From: Stylophora pistillata
Lineage: Eukaryota
Assembly: GCF_002571385.2 (NCBI RefSeq)
Contig: NW_019217800.1
Location: 811,137 to 875,136 of the forward strand
Direction: 5' to 3'
Length of the DNA: 64,000 nucleotides
Shown piece after piece: positions 49,201 to 63,200 of this stretch. Numbering within the stretch: position 1 is the first letter of the stretch; each line of letters begins with the position of its first letter. The notes below the pieces were generated by a model. The model was not told the origin of the DNA. It made no database searches and saw only the letters and a program-made list of their open reading frames with translations. Made by a program: the position numbers and the translations under genes.

Positions 49201-52200
49201 CAGATGCAACTTAAATGCATGCACTTGTGAGTCCATTTTATTTTACGGCTTTAAACCAGATGGTGTTTCGATATCTATATTTTTCTCTTTTAACCATCCA
49301 ATGTAACTATTCAAATTCAATGATTTTTTCCGCCGCCTCTTTTGTAGGGTCGAACCGCGATGCCCGGTGGATCAAACACCCATCAGCAAAGATGACGTAT
49401 GTGTAACATTGAAATCTCTGATTGAATATCAACTCAGTATAAGGAATATCATATTCTCTGCAAGTTACAGTTGCAGTGCATATTCACTTTTTAATTTGTT
49501 TGTATACAACTTAACAATCAAGGTTCTCCATCCAACTAATTTGATTTGAAATTCGAATGAACTGGGAAACCAGGATGCGACCGAAACAGATGTTTTTTCT
49601 TTATATTCATATTGAGTTCTTGGGAATATAAATACTTGTTGATGACTGTTCTCAAAGCTGGACATCTCTGCAGGTTTTCTCCACCATTTCCAAACAAACA
49701 CTTTACAAAAAAACGTGACTGAACAATTGACTGGATCTTACTTGCACGTGAATCAAAATGATGTATTATCATATGGTTGCCTGTTCCTTAACTTTCTGAT
49801 AAATGAAATCAGGCGTTTTATGATTTCGACCTTAGCAGTGGTCAATTCGCAACTACCTGAGTTGAAAATCATTGTCAAGTAATGTTACGCGAATCAAGAT
49901 AGAATTGAATGAAAGGCATTGCCATAAAGGGTTTGTCCTGAGTTTCTCTGTGTGGCATGAAAACACGGAATGTGTCTGCTGCATTCATTTCTTATACTTC
50001 ACAGCCAAAAAGGAAAATTTTAGCCGTAATGACTGTACTGAAAACAGGAGAGACTAAGAAGCATGGGCGCACTATACCTCAGCACACTTATTGCGCTGTT
50101 ATTGATGATATACAAGGTTTTCATTAAGAGATGAAGTTGTAGGAGAAAAGTGTTAAACAACAGGGACACTTTCTCCACGTGAGAATAGAAAATGGCTTAG
50201 GCCATCAAAAGTTTGCTAGAGAGCTTGGGGAAGTATAGCCAGATAATTCTCATGATGAACACTCTAAATATCAATCAATCAACTTCAAGATTGCAAAAAC
50301 TGAGTCGCTTTTACTCGTAAACCCTTTGAATTTTGCTAAAGACTATTGCATATGCAGCGAATATTTACCACGTTTCTAAGTGGTGTTTATCTTGTTTTCA
50401 TTTGACAGGCTTACCTTGACAAGGCTTTTCATAACGAGATCTTAGCACTTGACGTCAAGTGCAAGAACAATGAATGGGGATGCAAATGGGAAGGAGAATT
50501 TCAGAATTATCAGGTAAATAGCCTGCCATTATTGTTTTCCTTTCTGCTTTTGACAAAGAGATATATATCAAAGATATGAATCGTTCCTATCGCAAATAAT
50601 AACGTGGAATGAGAAGACTTAAACAATTATCTTGTAGATATATTAATCGTCACCAGGATGGACTGATCTTGAAGCTGTCGGATCAAGTTGATGTCACTTG
50701 CCATTTTAAGACAGCGATTTGTTGGCTTTTTTTTTACTCTTGTGGTTTTTTTACATCTACGGATTTTTGAATTAGTCTCATAATCTGTTTGATATAAACA
50801 GTTTACTACCTCGGTAACGATATTGTCTCTGAGATCGCGATGATACAGCTTCCTATCTTTCCTTCGGACTAAAATCAACGTAAGTGATATGCAACAAATG
50901 TCAGTCCAGTTTCTCAGAGGAAACATTTAAGAATTAACGGGGATTCTTTCATCTGATAAAGAGGTCCTTTCAATTTTTTTTCGAAAGCAAATCAAATTTA
51001 TTAATTTACTGAAGAAACTATCCACCAAAGTGAAGGCTGTGGATGTAACACAGATGGAGAGGGCTTCGATGACTTTCAATAAAAATGTCGATATGAATCA
51101 TCGCAAACAATAGAAACACCTGCCTACTGCAAAAATATCACGCGTAGAATGCAATTTCATCTTCATTTTCGCTTTTGCTATCTTATTGTGTCGAATTTCT
51201 AAATTACTCATTGTTTACTCAGAATGCCGAGAACCACCATTAACACGGCAACATGGTACTAACTGAGCAAACTAAAATCTTTAGGAACACTCAGGAAGGA
51301 AAAAGAAAAATATTTTGAAATCGAGCTATGGTGACCAACGTTTTTCCGTTTTCTCTGCTAAATATAGATGGGTTTTTCATAAAAAAACATCGTTTTTAGT
51401 GTATTTTTAGTGAAAAAGTAATTTAAATGGGTCTTTGCAGAATGAACTTGATTCTAAGTGTTCTGAGTGTTTCTTCCATCACTGAGTTAAATGATATGAA
51501 TTCAAGCCAAGTGTCGCTGCGTGGGTGGTTCCATAAGACAATCAGAAATGCTCTCCACACACCACAACAGCTTGCTGATGGAAATCAGGAAAAACGCGAA
51601 AAATCACATCCTTTCTGAGAAAAACCTCTGTTTAAACTGGCATTTGACCTAAAGGTCACAATATAATTTACAGATAGCATTTTTCTAATCCGAATTTGGT
51701 GCAGATCTCCGGTCCCTTTTTGAACTGGAACTCACATCATTATTTTCAGTTGCGAAATTATATCCTGGGATAAGTCCTCTAGAGTCTGAAATCCCGTAAA
51801 TAATTTAAAACTGAAACAGACAGATTTGACCTTTGTTCGGTTGTGTTTGCAATCAAAACGCAGCTATAAGAATGTAGTTATGTAATTTGTGCACAGTGAG
51901 ACTTCCTCTCTCCCCATTCCGACCGTAACCCGAACAGGGGCTATAACAATTCAACCAGATTCCAACACGAATTCAGTTCGTAGCTGTCACCTCATCCTGT
52001 GTAGCGGATCCTCTATTGCTTTCTATTGCTATTTTTCGACGCATTTTCCTTTCTTTATCAATTTCACTTAAACTATCAACAGCTGTTTCTTTTATAACTT
52101 AAGCAAGGAATCATGTACGCGAACCGAGTGCGAGAGTACGGGGTTACTCACTCTCCAACCTTTTTGCGTTCGCTTCCGCACACGGGTTCGTTGAATTCCT

Positions 52201-54861
52201 TAGTGGATTGATATAGAAGGTCTGTGAACGAACTACCACCATTTTCCATCAACATTAACCTCTCTGTAACATCACTTTATACTAATGGTTTTGAAATGAT
52301 ATTGCTATTTGTGTTAAAAGGACCACGTAAACTCGAATTGTGAATACGCGGAAATACTCTGCATGAACGACTGTGGTGCAAAGTTTCAGAAGAGATTTTT
52401 GCAAAAACATCTGGACAAAGATTGCCCGAAGAAGATCATCGCTTGCCCTTATTGCGATGATAGACATCTCAGAGAGGACAAGAAGGTAAAAATTTCACTC
52501 GTAGTCTTTCTTCACAGTGTGTCGAATATTACACAGATTTCTTCACAGACGACGGCTTACTTTTTTCACAAACCTATGGCCTTAAGTAGATTATAATTAA
52601 CTGATAATCACCTTTGGCCTTTTTCTTTAACTACAGTACACGGTTTAAAGTGTACTGTAAAGTTGGACACGAAATTAATCTTATCTTCGGTATAATTAGA
52701 GAAAGGCTGGAATCGATAGTGGTGATGACGATAGTGATAATGAAATGGATGACCCAAATATAATTTTAACTTGCCACCTTCCCAATGGATCATTCAAATG
52801 TTACACACGATACTTCTACTTAATTCGTTTGACATTTTCTAGGCGCATCTGGCAGACGAGTGTCCCAAACTACCCCTTCCATGTCCAAACAAATGTGACA
52901 AAAAGCTGGAGATTCCTCGAGATGAGGTATGTTCGTGGGCATTTACATTATTGGGTTTTTCATGATAGATGTCAACTATAAAACATTCTCATAAGCTATG
53001 ATATTTGATAGTCATCACACCCTCTTAAGAAATGGGAATATTTAAGCAACCCCAAAGATATCATCTTGATGGTTTTCACTGAAAATAAGTTGAGTCGTAT
53101 TGAAAAGATGTGTTTCTGGCTGTGAATTCCTAAGCTTTTAGTTCAGATATATGAGCTACCTTCGAGTAGAGATGTTCCATCCTGTCCTTTTCCTTTTTCT
53201 GGTGAAATTCGTCTTTTAAAGTAACTTTTTAGCGTTAAAGGACAAGTACTTTTAAAGGTTTTCTTTAATGTTAAACGACGCCTGTTATACCGGATGAATC
53301 ATGGTTCGAGTTAATCCCAACGATTTCAATCTCAGCCAGTTCAAACTGTAAAGATTTCATCGAACCTGTATTCTTTTCAAAACAGCTGGATCAGCACATA
53401 GAGGAAGTTTGTCCGAAGACGAAGATGATGTGTGAATTTGAGTACATCGGCTGCACACACAGGGTAGGTTTTCGAGCAACTGTATCTTTTCCCTTAAACG
53501 ATACCATAGTTAGTAGTTAGTAGTCCCCTCTACTAACTATGACGATACTTTATCGATCAGTTTTCCAACACGTGAGTCAGACCCGGATTGTCACTTAATA
53601 AACGAGGGAAGCCTTCGAACAATGCAAATTGATTCAGCAAAGAGGCCTTTATGGTGGGACCTCACCGTTCGTCATGCATTCTAGTATCTGTATCGAAACA
53701 ATTCCGAGTTTTTCCTTTCATTTACGGAAAGTATGATATTGCTTTGCATACACGTTACTTTCTCCTCGAGTGTTCCAATCATTGGTAATTCTAAAAGTTT
53801 TCGAAATAACTCGGAGATTCTATTTCCTGCACATACCATGAAAGCTAATGTAAGTTGATCTGCTCTTTTTTTTTTTTTTTTTTTACAGTGCAGCAGAGAA
53901 AAAATGCCAAAGCATTACAAAAGTAACATGATCGAGCATGTTAAGGCAGTCTTTGTGAAGATACAAGAGCTAGATGGAACGCTAGGAAAACACGAAAACA
54001 CCCTTATGGAGCAGGCTGACCTCATCAAAGCACAGGACAAGCGAGTTGGGGACCTGGAGAAAATTGCAAACAGCCAACTCATTTGGCGAATCGAGGACTA
54101 CACGCGCAAGCTAAAGGAAGCCAAGGCAGGAAATGGAGACACGTTGTTTAGTCCTACATTCACGACCAGCAAGCATGGATACCGCCTGTGTGCCTCAGTT
54201 TGCTTGAACGGTGACGGAAAGGGAAAGGGATCGCACATGTCTGTGTTCATCAGCGTTTTGAAAGGTAAGCAAACATTAACAGTTCAAATGCAGAAAATGG
54301 TAGAACCGTTCACTTTCATATCTGTCAACTGACAGATATGAAAGAGGTTCCTTGTAGTTTGCTACCTGACGATAATTCTTTTTTTTTTTTTTTTTTTTGA
54401 GAAACGTCACGTTATGGATTGTTTCATGTTATTGAAATATGTTATTGTCAGGGAGTTATTTTCAACGTAAAGAATTCGAGTTACAGTGAAAGAGGAAGTC
54501 GACAGAGAGGACTATATTGTCTTCTCTATTAAAAGACCACTTCTTTTTTGATGTTTCACCGATTACTGTTGCAGGAGCTTTTGACAGTTTGTTGAAGTGG
54601 CCTTTCGACTACAGGGTAACATTTTACCTTCTCGACCAGAACGAAGATCACGCACAGCGAAAGCACATTAAATTCAGCATCAAACCGAACCCGTGTCCAG
54701 AGAATGAACCGTTCCTTGGTCGACCCAAGCTTGAAAAGAACGCTAGCTTTGGAGGAGCAAAGTTTGCCAAACACGATGAGATTGAAACCCGGAACTACAT
54801 CAAGGACGATACTATCTATATCAAGATTTCAGTAGACTGCGACGGGTTGAGTGAGCCGTAA
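46251..54861 (+). CDS. TNF receptor-associated factor paralog B (RING, zinc fingers, coiled coil, MATH; ~492 aa); exons 46251-46343, 48279-48520, 49348-49396, 50409-50513, 52321-52485, 52843-52926, 53386-53463, 53889-54264, 54575-54861
   Basis: RING CPIC...CGHRVCCKC...CPVD; MATH LIWRIEDY...FSPTFTTSKHGYRLCASVCLNGDGKGKGSHMSVF...GAFDSLLKWPF...KPNPCPENEPFLGRP...NASFGGAKF...YIKDDTIYIKISVD. All GT-AG and in phase. Confidence 0.94.
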
Positions 54862-55007
54862 GATACAACATTGTGATAGCTATTAACAACCTATAGAGTA
54901 GTGCAACTTTAATTATCAATGCACCTTTCAAGGCTTTAAACAGCTGATCGCAGGTCGATGTGTAAGCAACCAATGAATCACTCGCAAGCAAGCATGCGCT
55001 TACAATA

Positions 55008-55251
55008 CTGGGCCGGGTTGTTCAAAGCTGGGTTAAGATAACCCAGGGTTAGTGGGATATTTGACTTCACATCTGAAAGCTTTAAATAACAATTCAGTAC
55101 AATTCTCTTTGTCTACAATTTGATGATTGGATAGTCTAAAAAAGAATAGGGAAGATCATCCCAAAAAGAGTCTTGAATAGAGGAATAAGAAATCTGGATC
55201 AAAATCTAACCCCGGGTTTGTGCAAGTCGGCCTTCGAACAACTGGGCCCTG
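55008..55251. mobile_element. MITE in or near the TRAF-B 3' UTR
   Basis: TIRs CTGGGCCGGGTTGTTCAAAG / CTTCGAACAACTGGGCCCTG. Confidence 0.7.
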
Positions 55252-57324
55252 GACAGTAAAAGTGTCGAGCGGGTAATTATGGAAGTCTTTTTTGTATTAG
55301 AGGTATAATCTCACCGTAGTGTCCACTTGAAGGCGAACGTTGGAGGAGGTTTGATTGTACATAAAAATTATGTCCTGGTATTTCAAAGTTGAAAAACGTC
55401 GAGAGATTTGTATCATAAATCAGAGGGTATTTCCTCAGAAAATTGGAAAATTGTGTCTAGACAGGAATTTTTTAGATTTCAAGTAACAGCCGGGATTCTT
55501 TGCTATTCGAGAAACTTATTCAAGCGTAGGTTTTGGGACTGGTTAGCTCTTATAAGCGCGAGATGCCTTCTGAGTTCTCGTTGCGAGTAGACCCTTCGGT
55601 CCTAAAAACCGTGATACTCTTTCTTTAGAGAGAGAAGATATCTGGGAAACATACTGTTTGTTTTTTTGGGCAATTCCCGAGAAAGTGCAAACGATGAGGC
55701 CATGATTCTAATAAAAATAACTATGATATAATTTATCTAATAAGTGGTATCGCTCTGAGTATGTCAAAAGTCACGATATTACGTTGCTAAGCAACAGCAA
55801 TTCCGTCATATTAGAAGAAAAAGGAATTTCCATGGTAAAACTAGTTGTCAGCAGAATATGGTGACGTAGGATTGTTGTTGCTAGAGTCAGTAGACCCTGA
55901 TTTATAACACTGCAGATTAATTTTTAAAATGAAAGAAATCACCTACACAAAAAATGCGGTAAAATAGTCGCGCTTGTCTTAACAGCTTAGCTTTTCGTAG
56001 ATTGTTAGAGCAATTTTAACATGTCTCCAATATTTATTAATTGCCGAGTAGGTAATCTTGTTTCACTTGCACGGCGAGCTACTTCTCGTCTATGGTAGTG
56101 ATACAGTTAAATGTGGAACATTTTACTCATACAATACGAAAATATACGTGATGTTAGCGCACAATTCATCATAATCGAAGTAGAACTATTTTAGAATAGC
56201 AAAATACTTTTCCTGTGTATGTTTAACTTTTCACTTCTTACTTGTAAATAAAGAGAGACGTTTGAATTCCAATCTCGGTGTCCTTCTAAACTTGTACTTA
56301 AGCCATGACCACCATATGTGCTCGATGTTGCTTCAAGCGATTTCCACTTGACCACTAGACTCTAAGGGCTGATGACAATGTCCGTGATCTGTAAAAATAG
56401 GATGAGGCTTAAATTAGATCTTGAATTCATTGCGCGACTCGGGAAATTTCAGCAACTTCCCAAAACACGCGTGATATTAATCCTTAATTTTACTGGGCCC
56501 CATGCGATTACCTATACTTACAAATGGTACAGCTTATATCATTACAAAGGGCGATGGTCTGTTATTACAAAGTGCGACCGGCTTATGTCACGACAGAGTG
56601 TGACAGCTTTTTATTACAAAGTACGACAATTTTAGCACTAAATGCGACAGGTATTACAAATTCGACGATTATTACAAAATATAACAGAACATCGTGCCGT
56701 GTGAGAATATGAAACCAAAGCTTGAATGGAAAAAGAAGTCAGTTTTCCCTCTAACAAATTCGTGCCTGGGTTCCTGGTGATTGACAGGTGGAACTCTTGC
56801 ATCACTGACTAATACTGGGGCAGTCTGACTTGATGAATTATTTTTTAAATTTTTTTTTTTTTTTTTTTGCTATTGCTGTTTGGGGAAAAGTTCTTTAGTG
56901 CGAGAGCCTATCGCAAATTTACTCGTAAGTAGAGATTTTAAGATGCGTAATACAACTCTGACCATATTCGTTTGGTATACGTTAGTTCTAACGAGATGTA
57001 TGTAATATGAAGTTATAGTGCGGCTAAATTCATACTTTTTCCGACAACTTCTTGGCGTCTCATGCCAAAAATGCCAATAAAACGTTCTAAGGAAGTCTAT
57101 ATTGGGAGTATTTGGCTGAGCTGAGCGTGCCTGTGCTCATACTCAAATATGCTTTCGATATCAACTTGAAACTTCTTCATCTTACCAGAACTCGCTCCAT
57201 CTGTCCATCTTCGAAGGGGTCCATTGGATGATGAAAGTCCATCTTTATGCGTTTGTCTTTACCGATATCTTTAATAAATTTAGATTCATTGCCAACTTTA
57301 AAATGTGGAATTCGAAGTTCCTTG

Positions 57325-57548
57325 TGGTAGTGCCGCCATCTTGTGCAGCGGCTGGTGCAGCCACGTTTTTGGCGGGAATCTGATTGATTTCCGTGGAGCC
57401 CGTGCTTCTCACGGTTAATTACCGTGAAAGTCCCAGATGATTCATCTTTTTTCTTTTCTCTAGTAAACAAGTAAACCGTTTTCCCAGCTTTTTTCAGATT
57501 TAAACATCATAAAGATTATTCTGAATTTCAGAGTTCATCCAAACATCC
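57325..57548. promoter_or_regulatory. GC-rich promoter and probable non-coding first exon of the TRAF4-like gene
   Basis: YY1-like GCCGCCATCTT (~57332), E2F-like TTTGGCGGGAA (~57368), strong + strand donor CCG|GTAAGT at 57548/57549, and a candidate acceptor TTCTTGCAG| at 60253 just upstream of the TRAF4 ATG. Confidence 0.45.
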
Positions 57549-60283
57549 GGTAAGTTAATGTTTTCCTGCATTTAGTCCCACCTTTTTTTTAGAGAGGTAA
57601 AGGAATTAGAGTTGTCGAACTATAAAAATGAAAGACCAGTGATTTGCCACAATATGTTTATTTGCGTGCAATTTAATGAAAAGGAGCTGTATTGCCAGAC
57701 AGATCAGACAGTCGCGTGATAATCAGCGAAAGGGTGATTCATGACGGTGTAAATCATATGATTCTACCTTATCACGCGACAAGTATGTGCGCACGTTGAC
57801 GAGATTCTAAAAAAAAGCATGACAGGAAGAAAAAAAATCAATAACGAGAGAACAGAGAATAATAAGCTCATCACACACAAGGTTAACTTGCGGAACTGCC
57901 AGTTTTTTGCCGGGTGCTCGATGAAAGTAGAGGCGAGCGGCGCACATAACGGCCACCTGCTGCGCAAGATGATACGAGCGTCACTTGTGCGTTAGGGAAC
58001 TTACACTGTTTTGTCGTTTAGTAGCCGGAGGGGGGGGGGGCATATTAGTTTGACATATGAAGTGCATGAAGGTACATTTCCTGGACTATGTTCTGGAATT
58101 TCACAGAAAGCTATAGAAACTAGAAATCAAGCAGTTTGAAGCTTTTTTTTTTTAAAGAATGTATAAGAACATTTTTTGACAGAGAGCATAAGGCACCTTC
58201 ACTTATTTTAAAGGAATGGGAACGTGTATGAGTTTTCAGTCGCAAAAAATCGCGCCTTTTGGTTAAGAATAGGGAGTGTACACCTACTTCACCCCTTTTA
58301 ACGGAGGTTTCAGTAGAGTTACGCCCAAATCGAGATGAGTGGAACTAGACTGAAAAATGAGAGCCGAGTAGGAAACAGCGTCTTTACGCTGCACGGACGC
58401 AAGTATAGATAAAACATCTGAAATGAAACATATCTAAAAAGGATCATGTTCGCCATAGCTATCACGAGCGTTTGTTTTTCTAGCCAGGGTAAATTAACGA
58501 GGCCTGCGCAAGTGATGGGCTCCTGACAGGGTAAAGTACAAAAGTTCGAAGTTTTGTTTATTTTACCGGTAGAAAAGGTGGGCCACAGAAAGGGAAAAAA
58601 TAGTGGAAGGAAAACATGTGATCAGTGGTACCTTGACGCTGTGGATGCGTCTTTTCAAGGTCAATCGAAAAGGGGCGGAGGTGCGGTAAAGACCAGTTAA
58701 AGGTAAATAGCTGGGAAAAATTTATTCCAGGGAGGTACATAGTAAGTAAGCAACTTTTCCTTATCAGTTTTAAATGCTCTTCTTCATTCGTTCCGCATTA
58801 TTATTTGGCTGCAAATATATATTAAGCAATTTATCTAGAACCTCACGAAAAGCGCGGTTGTATACAAAAAAAAAAAAAAAACTCTTAAGAAACGCGAGGG
58901 ATGTTTGTAAAAAATTCAAAATTCTTATGGTTACGCGTCAAAAGATGGATAATAAGTCTAAAAAGCTACAAGTCAGATTTTGTACTATCTCGCTTTTTGT
59001 AAACATAGCCTAAATTGTGCAACCTTTTTTAACTACGAAAAAAAAGCAACTTGTCTGATCTTTGTCAAATAGGCTTTGTTTTACAAATAGCGTAAAGCCA
59101 CAATTTTTGTAACAAGTGACAAACTAATTTTAGGAAATTTAAAAAAAAAATTTGCATTTACACTTGCGTCATCAAACCATAATTTGTTTGTAGTAAGGAT
59201 TGTATTGCTCATTAAACAAGAGGGAAAATGTCATATTAAGGATCCGAATTAAGGAAAATTGGGTTTATTCCCTCCAAAACGGCATATCCCAGATTGAAAT
59301 TAAAATTGTCTAATTTTTTTGGGAACGATGTTTCCCATCCAATATTTGTCATCATGTCAGTTTTGTGGCTGAGTAGGTCTAACATCGTCAGTTCTGAATT
59401 TTGAACGCAAGCAACATTACTCGGAAATGATTCATAACTAGGAATCTTTGAGATAAACTCGAGGACACATGGAATGTTGAAATATTTCCCAATTTTTGTC
59501 AACTCAACAGCGGATATAATTGAATATGTCCGAATTCGTCGATGACTACTCGAGGTTAGTCTAGGAGGTGCCCGTACGAGTTGTTTCCGGACATCTAAAC
59601 AACAGGAGCTTGCGGTGGAGTGAAGAATACGCAGGATATCTAAGGCAAGAACCAGGGCATTGTTTTATGATCTGTGTGGTTTCCTCGTTAAAACCACGAG
59701 ATTTTTGTTCAATATTTTACAATGACCAGGTGTCTTTCTTTGACATAAGAATGATGCTTTTAATAAGAGAGGCTTTACAATAGTTAATGGATGTTTAGCA
59801 GAAAGTATAATGTATGTTTTTTCTTTTCCGAAGTGACAGGTTGAAAAATTTTGGCATATAAATACGATTTCTTTGTGTTGTTGAAGAAATTATTTTAAGC
59901 TTTCTAGTTTTCGTGGGCGACTCAGAGGTCTTCAAATAACGCAGAAAAGTCCAGAAATGTGCGCCGTAAAAGCACCCACATGTGTGTACACAAAATTTTT
60001 ATTTATCTTAAAAGGACAGTAATCCTAACCGGAAACATAGTTTTATCCCAAATAGCCTGTCATGCAAATATTACACCCAGCTCTGTCACGTTTTTGATGT
60101 GACGCTATTGTTCTGGGCATGCCCAGTCAAGACGTATGAGCAAAATTTATTCAAACAATGAAAACTTCTCGCAGGTCAATCATGAAGTACAGCCGCGGTG
60201 TGAGCAGGTAACATGAGGAACGGATGAGGGGAACGGCTCTCTCCTTCTTGCAGTGAACGTATAAGTGGATCTTCTTCAAGAGT

Positions 60284-63200
60284 ATGCCAGGGTACCGTGC
60301 GCATTTTGTTCCGGCGGTGAGCGAAAATTTATTATGCCGCATTTGTCACCTTCCAGTTAGAAACGCCGTTCAAGTGTCCGTTTGTGGACACAGATTTTGC
60401 GATTCTTGTCTCAATGGAGCCTTCAGTAACACGAGGTAAGTTACTTTATTGTTGTTCCTCTTGATCGTGGGTAGATTGATAGAGTAAACGTATAATCTTA
60501 AGCTGGTTAACTTCTTTTGAGAGAAAGAAATCTGGTGGATTTCAATTCGCACTTGAGGTGAGATCTTGCGAAACCAGTAAAGTGACAGAACAAAATTATT
60601 TCTCGACGATTTCTGGGATTTATGTGGGCGTTCAGCTAAATCTCAACTAATTCGTTGTTGTAAAGATTAATGTTCCCTTCTGTCGGATCTTCTGTTGCAT
60701 TGTGTGGCGAATTATATTTTACGCGTAAACCGAATTTTTGAATAAAAATTTGATAGAATGTGCAAATATTTTTACAAGCAATTTTATAACACTCGGTATT
60801 CACAGTGGGGGTTTCTATTAAAACCTGCAAGCTTATTTTTCCTTTTGCGTTCGAGCTATCATTCATTTGTTGGCTAGTAGGTGATCGCAAAAGTTACAAC
60901 AATGCTAGTATACATTTATCTCGGTGATATTTAGCTTTATGAACCAATTCTGACTCTCATCGTCGGCGAATTTAGACCTCTCAGCTGCGATCGATATACA
61001 AAGGGCCTATTCAGAAAAGGAAGATTAAATCGTAAACATTCATTGTGTAGAATATTTCGAGTCAGGGACCAAAATTAGCGCTTTTTTCCACACAAAAGAC
61101 TTGAAATGTATGAGGGAATATCAGGCAATCTCATTTGTAACGTTTGTTTTGTTCATTTAGGTGATCTCGGACAGCTTTCAGTTGCATCCATTTCGATCTA
61201 ATTTGAATTTTCCTACGATTCCATATATTGTCCGATATATCCATAATTGTTTCAAAGTTTTGTAAATAGTCGTATGTTCTGGAATATTTTTGACATCAAA
61301 GAAACAACGCAGTTGTCTTCCATGAACCTCTCTGGGAAAAAATACAATTTAGATTATGTTCCGGACGGATCACCGGCTGGACTGTGTCACAAAATGTTTT
61401 TTGCGCTGAATGATTGATCATGTTTTAGGTACAATGAACCGAGATTAAGAAATTTTCGAACCCCAAGTAAATTTTTCTGGCATGGTAAACAGTAAATGTT
61501 GTTATGGTGCTTCTTACAATCAAGAAGAATTTCCTTTCGAGCTATTGAGCCTGTCGTTGAAAAAAATCTAGAAGTGTTTATCTTTGCGAATCAATTATAC
61601 TCCCTAGTTTACATTCCAGTCTGTGCGTCTGTTAGCAACTCTTTTATTTTCATCACTTTCGGAAAAGAAAATTGTAAAGTGTTTTCTAAGGTGTGATTTG
61701 TATAAACCCGTGCCCAGGAAATTACGTGTTTCGTTCCTTGACGCGGAAATTCCATGTTTCTGATCTGGGTAATGGAACCCAAATTTTTTTCTGAAAACAA
61801 TTGCAAATCGGCCATTAAGGTTTCCTTGTGAAAATCCTCTCCAGCTCACAAAATGAGCCAGACTTTTATTTTCGGTCGATAGACAGTTTCAGTCAGTTTA
61901 CGCAATCGTGAGATAAAGATAAGAAGAGTATTGAGATCAATAACAGCAATGATGACAAATGCATGCAAATTACACAATGTGCTCCTTGGAAATGTGGTTT
62001 TTGAGCCAAGGAATATTGTACACAAAAGATTAAATTTTTCTCCGTTCGGGCGGAAAAAAGACAATAATCTCTTGTATCCATGAGGCATTTCACACCATAT
62101 CCTAAATTAAAAGATAAATTTTAATTGATGGTAAGGAAGCATCAATTCTTTGGAGTGTTTACCGAGAGAAAAGCTATTTTTTCATATTTTATTGCGGTGT
62201 TGATCTTCATAGCTAAGCTCTGTTCGGAAACAGTTGCGTGACAAAGAGTGAAACTGACATGAAATGACTAGACCTCTGTCAAGTTTACAGTGAGTGGTGT
62301 TGTTTGCAAAATTGTTTTGACAGAAATTCTGTGCAAAATTAATGGCTGAGTCAACACCAATTCTTTCTTCCAGTCGATGAACGTCATGTACAGAAACTCA
62401 ACACAATTCAACGCACACAAGCGTTTTTTACTGAGTAAACGAACTAATGCTTGGAAGTAAACAACCAAAATGCACCGGAATTGAAATTTATACTTTGCGT
62501 GCCTTTGTTTCGTGGTGTCTTATGTTGCGTGAGAAATCATATCGCAAAATTTCATTATCAATTCATGCAGGTCGCGAGAGCTGTGACCTTGGTTTTTTCG
62601 TTGCGTGATCTATTGTTATGCTTTTAAAAAAATGGGCTCTTACGAACAATCGATCGAGCAATGCATTACGAAAAAATTCTTGTTTCGCTTTGATCAGATA
62701 CAGTTCTGTTTGCTTAGAAGTTTACCTTTTGATGGTGCCAACTCAAGTGCTCTTTTCACAAATAACGTCATTTGCATGAAAAGTGGACATATCTGGTCTT
62801 GGAAATTTTAATCTCGACGTACCTTTCCTGTCGATGGTTGGATTAGGGTAAAATGCGGTAGATTGAAGTACTGAGGTCGTTGAAGAAGAAATAAATTGTT
62901 TATACAGAAAAGGAATTTAAATTCTGTAGGTGTTTGCTTAAGAGTCAGCAGACAACTTCTCAGAATCTTCATTGGCTTTTACTGTACCTTGAAATCAGTT
63001 TTCAATATTAAGGATCGCGATAAAGTAATTTAGCCCCAATATTGTCAGCCCTAATGTTTACCATTTAGTACCGTAACATTATGCTTTCCGGGCGGGCTTA
63101 ATTATGCATAAGCCATATGGGCTTGAGGGATTTGATATTTGTAATGGCTAAATATATATTGCTCACTCATCTTTTTGTTATGCCATTGGGTTAGTGATAC

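Noticed and set aside
36290-56450. NF-kB-like GGGRNNYY sites scattered around the TRAF genes
   Set aside because: The matches are imperfect, expected by chance, and not positionally conserved between paralogs.
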